This document shows, one piece after another, positions 59,305-64,000 of a stretch of DNA of 64,000 nucleotides (position 1 is the first letter of the stretch; every line of letters begins with the position of its first letter). Source of the stretch: an uncultured Pseudomonadales bacterium (GTDB taxonomy: Bacteria > Patescibacteriota > Microgenomatia > UBA1400 > CAYXSR01); contig CAYXSR010000002.1 in the NCBI GenBank assembly GCA_964467735.1, forward strand, positions 51,885-115,884, given 5' to 3'. The notes beneath the pieces are model-generated. The model saw nothing but the letters and a program-made list of their open reading frames with translations, was not told the DNA's origin and made no database searches. Position numbers and translations under genes: made by a program.

Positions 59305-60077
59305 CTTTTCTTTTTTAAATATTTTATATAGGCAAGTGTGTGGTGAAGTCCCGAAAACAATGCAAACACAAAACCTGGTAAACCATCAACAAAACCTTTA
59401 TGGCGAACAAAAATCGAAAAAAATGTTTTTATTGGAAGCCAAATTAGATATTTAAAACTAGTTTGTAGGTTAATTGGTAAATTTTCTTCTTTCAATTTAT
59501 CGGCTGTAAGATTAGTATAACGATTGGCGTTTACTAAATAACGAGAAAATTTCGGAGCAGTATAATGTAATAAATGCCCTTTTAAATAACCTACTTCTCC
59601 TTCAACTTGTATTTGCTCATGAACACTTTTGCAAGGAAAAAAAGCTTTTCCTTTTTTAAACAAACGTATTACATAATCGGGATATTGACCTCCTTTTCTA
59701 AGCCATTTCCCTAAGAAATAATTTTTTCTAGGAATAAAATAAGCTGTTTTTCCATTGTTCTTCTTTTTAATTATCCTATATATTTCTTTTTTTAATTGCT
59801 GACTAACTATTTCATCAGCATCAAGTTGCAAGATCCAATCACCTCTTGCTTTGTCCACTGCCATTTGTTTATTAATATGAAAAATTGGTTGATTTTTAGT
59901 AATAAAAATTCGAGCACCGAAATTTTTAGCAATCTCTGCTGTCTTATCCATCGAACTACCATCCACTAAAACAACTTCATCTGCTAGGTCTTTAACCGCT
60001 TTTAAACACTTTCCAATATTTTTCTCTTCATTAAACGTTGCTAAGACAACTGATAGTTTGACTTTTTTTTTAGACAT
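59301..60077 (-). CDS. Glycosyltransferase family 2 (GT-A), tandem paralog 1
   Basis: KLSVVLATFNEEKNIGKCLKAVKDLADEVVLVDGSSMDKTAEIA...LQLDADEIV. The C-terminal half is paralogous to 60077..60856 (FFLGKWLRKGGQYPDYVIRLFKK parallels FFLGKEFKSVWPDDMIRLIKK). Confidence 0.7.
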   Translation of the reverse strand: MSKKKVKLSVVLATFNEEKNIGKCLKAVKDLADEVVLVDGSSMDKTAEIAKNFGARIFITKNQPIFHINKQMAVDKARGDWILQLDADEIVSQQLKKEIYRIIKKKNNGKTAYFIPRKNYFLGKWLRKGGQYPDYVIRLFKKGKAFFPCKSVHEQIQVEGEVGYLKGHLLHYTAPKFSRYLVNANRYTNLTADKLKEENLPINLQTSFKYLIWLPIKTFFSIFVRHKGFVDGLPGFVFALFSGLHHTLAYIKYLKKKR

Positions 60078-60856
60078 TATTTTATTTTCTGTTCAATTTT
60101 TTTATACTTTTTTTCGGTTTCATTTTGTAATTCCCAAAGACGAACATAAGTAAAAAATAAAGAGAATGTTTGATATATCCCTTCTATTATCCCTTCTACT
60201 CCCTCTCTGAATAATCTCCTTTTTCCAAAATTTTCCCATAACCCAGTAACAAATATTCTTAGAAAACGCCAACTGTTCATTTTTGGGTGTCCAGATTTGA
60301 AACAGTTTCTTGCCTCAAGCTTAGACCACCAAATTGTCTTCTCCAACATCTGTTCTAAACTAAGATGAGTTAAATGAATTAAGGGGGTTTTAAGACTAGT
60401 AACTTTACCATCTATCTCAGCGGTTTCATGAATGGTCCCCCGCCATTCTTTCAATTTCTTTTTTTTAATCAAACGAATCATATCATCGGGCCAAACGCTT
60501 TTAAATTCTTTTCCTAGAAAAAAATTTCTGCGAGGAATTCTAAAAGCTACATATCCATTTGTCTCTATATTTCTAGTTATTTCTTCTTTTAATTCTTTAG
60601 TACACCTCTCGTCAGAATCAATATACAATAACCATTCCCCTTTTGCTTCTTTTGCTCCTTGATTCCGCCAAAAAGAAAAATCATCCTTTACCTTTGATTT
60701 TATAACTCTCCCTCCATATTTTTTAATAATTTTATCCGTTTCATCTATTGAACCAATATCTATCCCAATAATTTCATTTGTCCATTTTATTGTTTCTAAA
60801 CATTTAGCAATAGTTTGTTCGTTGTTTTTAAACAAAATAATTGTACTTATTTTCAT
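60077..60856 (-). CDS. Glycosyltransferase family 2 (GT-A), tandem paralog 2
   Basis: MKISTIILFKNNEQTIAKCLETIKW...IGIDIGSIDETDKII...LYIDSDERC. Confidence 0.7.
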   Translation of the reverse strand: MKISTIILFKNNEQTIAKCLETIKWTNEIIGIDIGSIDETDKIIKKYGGRVIKSKVKDDFSFWRNQGAKEAKGEWLLYIDSDERCTKELKEEITRNIETNGYVAFRIPRRNFFLGKEFKSVWPDDMIRLIKKKKLKEWRGTIHETAEIDGKVTSLKTPLIHLTHLSLEQMLEKTIWWSKLEARNCFKSGHPKMNSWRFLRIFVTGLWENFGKRRLFREGVEGIIEGIYQTFSLFFTYVRLWELQNETEKKYKKIEQKIK

Positions 60857-61599
60857 TTTTTCTTTTTAAAAAGTCTCCCTTCTCTATTTAGAACATAAAG
60901 CATAAGATTCCATAAAATAGCCAAACCATATCTAACAGAAGCATAAAAATTCGCTGAAGAAGCTTCTGGAAAATATCTTACCGGCACAGCAATTTCACCA
61001 ATTTTAAAATTATTAGCTACTGCAGAAAGCAAAATCTGTTGATCAAAAACAAAATCATTTGAAAACCGACCGAAAGGTACCTTTTTTAAAATCTTTTTAG
61101 TAAATGCTCTCATTCCTGTGTGATATTCAGAAAGATTTAATCCCAAAAACATATTTTCCAATACAGTTAGAAAGCGATTACTTATATATTTCCACCAAGG
61201 CATGCCACCAGCTAAAGCCTCTTGGCGAGTACGAATTCTACTCCCTAACATTATATCGAATCGGCCATCCAATATTGGTTTTACTAAATCAGGGATTAAA
61301 GTCGGATCATATTGATAATCAGGGTGAATCATAATTATAATATCAGGGTTTCTTTTTAGAGCTTCCCAATAACAGGTTTTTTGATTGCCACCATATCCTA
61401 AATTACTAGGGTGAACAAAAACTTCTAATCCTAATTTTTGGGCCATTTTTACTGTCTTATCAGAACTTGCGTCATCAACAACTAAAACTTCATCAACTAA
61501 ATCTTTGGGAATATCTTTATATGTTTTTTCTATTGTCCCGGCTGCATTATAAGCAGGCATTACCACAATAATTTTCTTTTTTGTATGTCTTTTTTTCAT
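60853..61599 (-). CDS. Polyprenol-monophosphate glycosyltransferase (Dpm1/ArnC/GtrB-like GT2)
   Basis: IIVVMPAYNAAGTIEKTYKDIP...VLVVDDASSDKTVKMAQKLG...IIIMIHPDYQYDP...DIMLGSRI. Its 5' end is 13 nt from the start of the ArnT-like gene at 61612..63237. Confidence 0.7.
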   Translation of the reverse strand: MKKRHTKKKIIVVMPAYNAAGTIEKTYKDIPKDLVDEVLVVDDASSDKTVKMAQKLGLEVFVHPSNLGYGGNQKTCYWEALKRNPDIIIMIHPDYQYDPTLIPDLVKPILDGRFDIMLGSRIRTRQEALAGGMPWWKYISNRFLTVLENMFLGLNLSEYHTGMRAFTKKILKKVPFGRFSNDFVFDQQILLSAVANNFKIGEIAVPVRYFPEASSANFYASVRYGLAILWNLMLYVLNREGRLFKKKK

Positions 61600-61611
61600 C
61601 CGCTATTCTTA

Positions 61612-63237
61612 TTATATCTTGAAAATGTGAAGGATCGGTTCTCCATTTAAAAGATAAATTGTTTTTATAATTTTTGCGTCTCCCGGCAATTCTTTATCTG
61701 TGACTACCCACCATATTTTATCTCTTTTATCTTCTTTTTCCCAATCAAATCGAACAAATTCATATTTGCCGATTTTGTGTTCTTCCCAAAAGCCACCCGA
61801 TATAGTACCACCTTGCTCTAAATATTTTGCCGGATTATACTTTTTATAAAATAGAAAAAACATATAAGGTTGTTCTGCTTCGATTGAAATCCTAACCTTC
61901 TCATATTTATTTTCTAATTTCTCTAACTCTTTGAAAAGTTCTTTATACCCATATTGCCAATAACGAGAATATTCTATTGGTTGATGAATATGATATTGAT
62001 GTAAATAAAAAATAAAATTGACTAGAAAGAGACCTGTTGTTACAAAATAGATTATAGCTGTTATTAATTTGTTCTTTAAACTATTGCCCCATCTAATAAA
62101 TGCCAATACTCCTAAAGCAGTGAAAACATGCCATGTTGGTAAGAAACATAAAGTCCGAACTGCATGAGGGACATCAGCCGAAACAGAAGCAGCAATAGGA
62201 GCCAGTAACCACCAACTAAAAATAATTAATTTTGGTTTCTTATCTGGCCAAAAGAAAAGAGAATAAATTCCCCATAAAATAAAAGGTAACTCCCAAAAGT
62301 AAAGCATTCCGACATCGGGAACGTGATGTCTTTGAACATCTCCTTCTCCATTAACAAATAGCCAATTTGGATTAAAATGAGCCGTATAACTTTCTAAGAA
62401 TCTTAGAACATAACGAATTCGTCGATTATGAACCAACGAACCCCACCAAATTCCTTTTTCTAAATCTTGGCTTATTTTTTTACTATCTTTAGACAATAAG
62501 TTAATTGTGTCAGAAAAAGCACTTACTCCCTTTAATCTCATTTGTCCTTCTGTGCTCGTCATAATTTTTACCAATGGCCAAATAAAAATTAAAGCAATAA
62601 TTCCGCTTAACAAAACTATTTTCTTTATTTTCAAAAGTTGCCTGAAATAAGTCATTATTAGAACCAAAACTAAAAACGGCACAAATACTCTGGCGCTATG
62701 ATAAGTGTATAAAGCTAATCCGAAAGACAATGTTGAAAGTAGTAGGAAGAATTTATTTTTTTTGACTGATTTTAAGAATAATATCGTCCCTAAAATTTCC
62801 CAAGCCAAAGCAACGTTTGCCTCAAAAGCAATTCGAGAAAACTGCAAATGCCAAGGTGAAATCGCCATAAAAAACATGGATAAGAGTGCTAAATTTTCTT
62901 TCTTAAACAACAGTTTTATTAAAAAGTAAACACCAATAACGCCAATTACTCCAAAAACTGCTGATGGTAAACGAACCGCAAAAAGATTTACTCCGAAAAC
63001 AATTATTGAAGGAATTGTTAAATAAAAATATAAAGGTGGCTTATAATCGTCAAAAGATCGAAAAGTCAACGGAAATTTCACTCCATATTCGTCTTTTCCT
63101 GTTTTCCAAATTGAATAGGCATTCCAGCCAATAGCTGCTTCATCCCAATCAGGACTAGGTGGCACTTTCGCCAGATTCCAGAATCTTAAACCAATCGCTA
63201 AAGCTAAAATTAAAATAAAAATAATTTTTTTTCTCAT
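61612..63237 (-). CDS. ArnT/PMT-family GT-C membrane glycosyltransferase (GT39/GT83-like)
   Basis: RFWNLAKVPPSPDWDEAAIGWNAYSIWKTGKDEYGVKFPLTFRSFDDYKPPLYFYLT (DE..Y...KPPLyfy signature); about 12 TM helices plus a C-terminal soluble domain. Confidence 0.7.
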   Translation of the reverse strand: MRKKIIFILILALAIGLRFWNLAKVPPSPDWDEAAIGWNAYSIWKTGKDEYGVKFPLTFRSFDDYKPPLYFYLTIPSIIVFGVNLFAVRLPSAVFGVIGVIGVYFLIKLLFKKENLALLSMFFMAISPWHLQFSRIAFEANVALAWEILGTILFLKSVKKNKFFLLLSTLSFGLALYTYHSARVFVPFLVLVLIMTYFRQLLKIKKIVLLSGIIALIFIWPLVKIMTSTEGQMRLKGVSAFSDTINLLSKDSKKISQDLEKGIWWGSLVHNRRIRYVLRFLESYTAHFNPNWLFVNGEGDVQRHHVPDVGMLYFWELPFILWGIYSLFFWPDKKPKLIIFSWWLLAPIAASVSADVPHAVRTLCFLPTWHVFTALGVLAFIRWGNSLKNKLITAIIYFVTTGLFLVNFIFYLHQYHIHQPIEYSRYWQYGYKELFKELEKLENKYEKVRISIEAEQPYMFFLFYKKYNPAKYLEQGGTISGGFWEEHKIGKYEFVRFDWEKEDKRDKIWWVVTDKELPGDAKIIKTIYLLNGEPILHIFKI

Positions 63238-64000
63238 TTAATTAGTATAAATATAGAAAACTACTTCTCCATTCAAAAGATAAATCGTTTTTAATAAATC
63301 AACTTTATCTAACTGAGTCTCTCCTTTCGTCATTACATATAGAACTTTTCCCTTCCTATCTGTTTCTATTTGCTCTCCGAATCTATATTTATCAAAACCC
63401 AAAACCTTCCTTATCCCAAAAGGTTCAATCTCTTCAGTTTTATTCTGCCAAAATTTTTGAGGAGGATATTGTTGGTAAAAAAGGAAATAAATATAAGGCC
63501 TTCCTAAGCTTCGTGTTACTATAATATGATCATATTCATCCTGGACAGATTTAACAAAATCTACCATTTGTTTATAACCATATTGCCATTCTGAGGAATA
63601 TTCATTAGGATAATGAACAAAATAATTATGAAGAAAACGAAAGGCTGAAAAAAAGTAAAAAACTATTAAAGAAACAGCTCCTAGCTTTATAAAAGAAGGT
63701 TTAAGAAGTCTAAAAAATTTATAAATTCCATAAGCAATAAATATCTGATAAGTGGGTAATATTACTTCTGTTCTTAAAGCATGAGGAGTTTCTCTGGCAG
63801 TGGCAGCTGGGACTAATGCTGCAATTAACCAAAAAAATAAAAATCCAATATTTTTTTGCTTGTCCTTTATTAAATAAATAATTCCTAAAATTAAAAACGG
63901 CAGTTCTATCAAATAAAGTTGCCCTGTTTCTTGACTAGAAAAACGAGGATTTCTGTCACCAGTAAAGAATAAAAATTTTGGATTAAAATGATCAAAAAGA
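63238..64000 (-). CDS. ArnT/PMT-family GT-C glycosyltransferase, tandem paralog (partial; N-terminus beyond window end)
   Basis: The track ORF starts at an internal TTG (63912), but the frame stays open to position 64000 (...LFDHFNPKFLFFTGDRNPRFSSQETGQLYLIELPFLILGIIY...). This is colinear with HFNPNWLFVNGEGDVQRHHVPDVGMLYFWELPFILWGIY of 61612..63237. The C-terminal domains are also paralogous (KTIYLLNGEVVFYIY parallels KTIYLLNGEPILHIF). Confidence 0.65.
   Translation of the reverse strand, partial: LFDHFNPKFLFFTGDRNPRFSSQETGQLYLIELPFLILGIIYLIKDKQKNIGFLFFWLIAALVPAATARETPHALRTEVILPTYQIFIAYGIYKFFRLLKPSFIKLGAVSLIVFYFFSAFRFLHNYFVHYPNEYSSEWQYGYKQMVDFVKSVQDEYDHIIVTRSLGRPYIYFLFYQQYPPQKFWQNKTEEIEPFGIRKVLGFDKYRFGEQIETDRKGKVLYVMTKGETQLDKVDLLKTIYLLNGEVVFYIYTN

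Noticed and set aside
4726-62929. About 35 short plus- or minus-strand ORFs of 60-112 aa in the supplied track that lie inside or antisense to the large genes. Examples are 4726..4935, 5178..5477, 9075..9332, 9966..10256, 20923..21246, 26650..26946, 36204..36726, 38158..38954, 40067..40321, 46170..46736, 53875..54213 and 62705..62929.
   Set aside because: All are fully embedded in, or antisense to, longer ORFs with clear family motifs. Their translations are low-complexity and rich in F/L/I/K/N/S, as expected from AT-rich shadow frames. None has recognisable motifs. They are treated as spurious.
1-64000. Searched by eye for CRISPR-like direct repeat arrays, tRNA/rRNA genes, and transposase/integrase/recombinase ORFs or terminal inverted repeats.
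   Set aside because: No regularly spaced direct repeats and no ORF with DDE, serine or tyrosine recombinase motifs were found. The intergenic spaces are too small (mostly under 60 bp) to hold RNA genes. The only larger gaps (40532..40646, 43427..43600) are AT-rich promoter-like sequence without tRNA-like structure.

Overview
The window is a gene-dense, strongly AT-rich stretch (about 30% G+C estimated by eye, not computed) that is almost entirely one cell-surface glycoconjugate biosynthesis and glycosylation island. It contains about 57 genes with tiny gaps or overlaps, mostly on the minus strand. I saw no rRNA, tRNA, CRISPR array, transposase or integrase. The composition, weak Shine-Dalgarno signals and content are reminiscent of a small-genome, candidate-phyla-radiation-like bacterium, but this is inference. 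Content, by sequence motif recognition only: (1) a lipid-carrier initiation enzyme (PglC-type phosphoglycosyltransferase) and a Wzx-like flippase; (2) about 20 cytoplasmic glycosyltransferases (9 GT4/GT-B, 11 GT2/GT-A, including two Dpm1/ArnC-like polyprenol-phosphate sugar synthases); (3) about 13 polytopic GT-C-like membrane proteins: several ArnT/PMT-like, a TMTC-like GT-C with TPR repeats, a PIG-V-like protein, a DUF2079-like protein, three tandem paralogous YfhO/AftD-like giants of 685, 1157 and 972 aa, and a 1025-aa fusion of an O-antigen-ligase/Wzy_C-like domain with a PMT-like GT-C domain; (4) nucleotide-sugar pathways: GDP-mannose (ManC), a 6-deoxy-HexNAc branch (CapD/PglF-like 4,6-dehydratase plus two SDR enzymes), and a CDP-3,6-dideoxyhexose branch (DdhA cytidylyltransferase, DdhB 4,6-dehydratase, and the E1 3-dehydrase with its diagnostic C-X57-C-X-C-X7-C iron-sulfur motif and His-for-Lys substitution), with a downstream SDR, a class I/II aminotransferase and an acetolactate-synthase-like thiamine-diphosphate enzyme (YerE-like; possible branched-chain dideoxy sugar); (5) tailoring enzymes: four class I SAM methyltransferases (one apparently frameshifted), two hexapeptide acetyltransferases and a B12-binding radical SAM protein. 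The most interesting candidates are the Wzy_C+GT-C fusion, the tandem triplet of giant GT-C paralogs, and the CDP-dideoxy/ThDP branched-sugar module. All calls are from reading the translations. None has been confirmed by database search.
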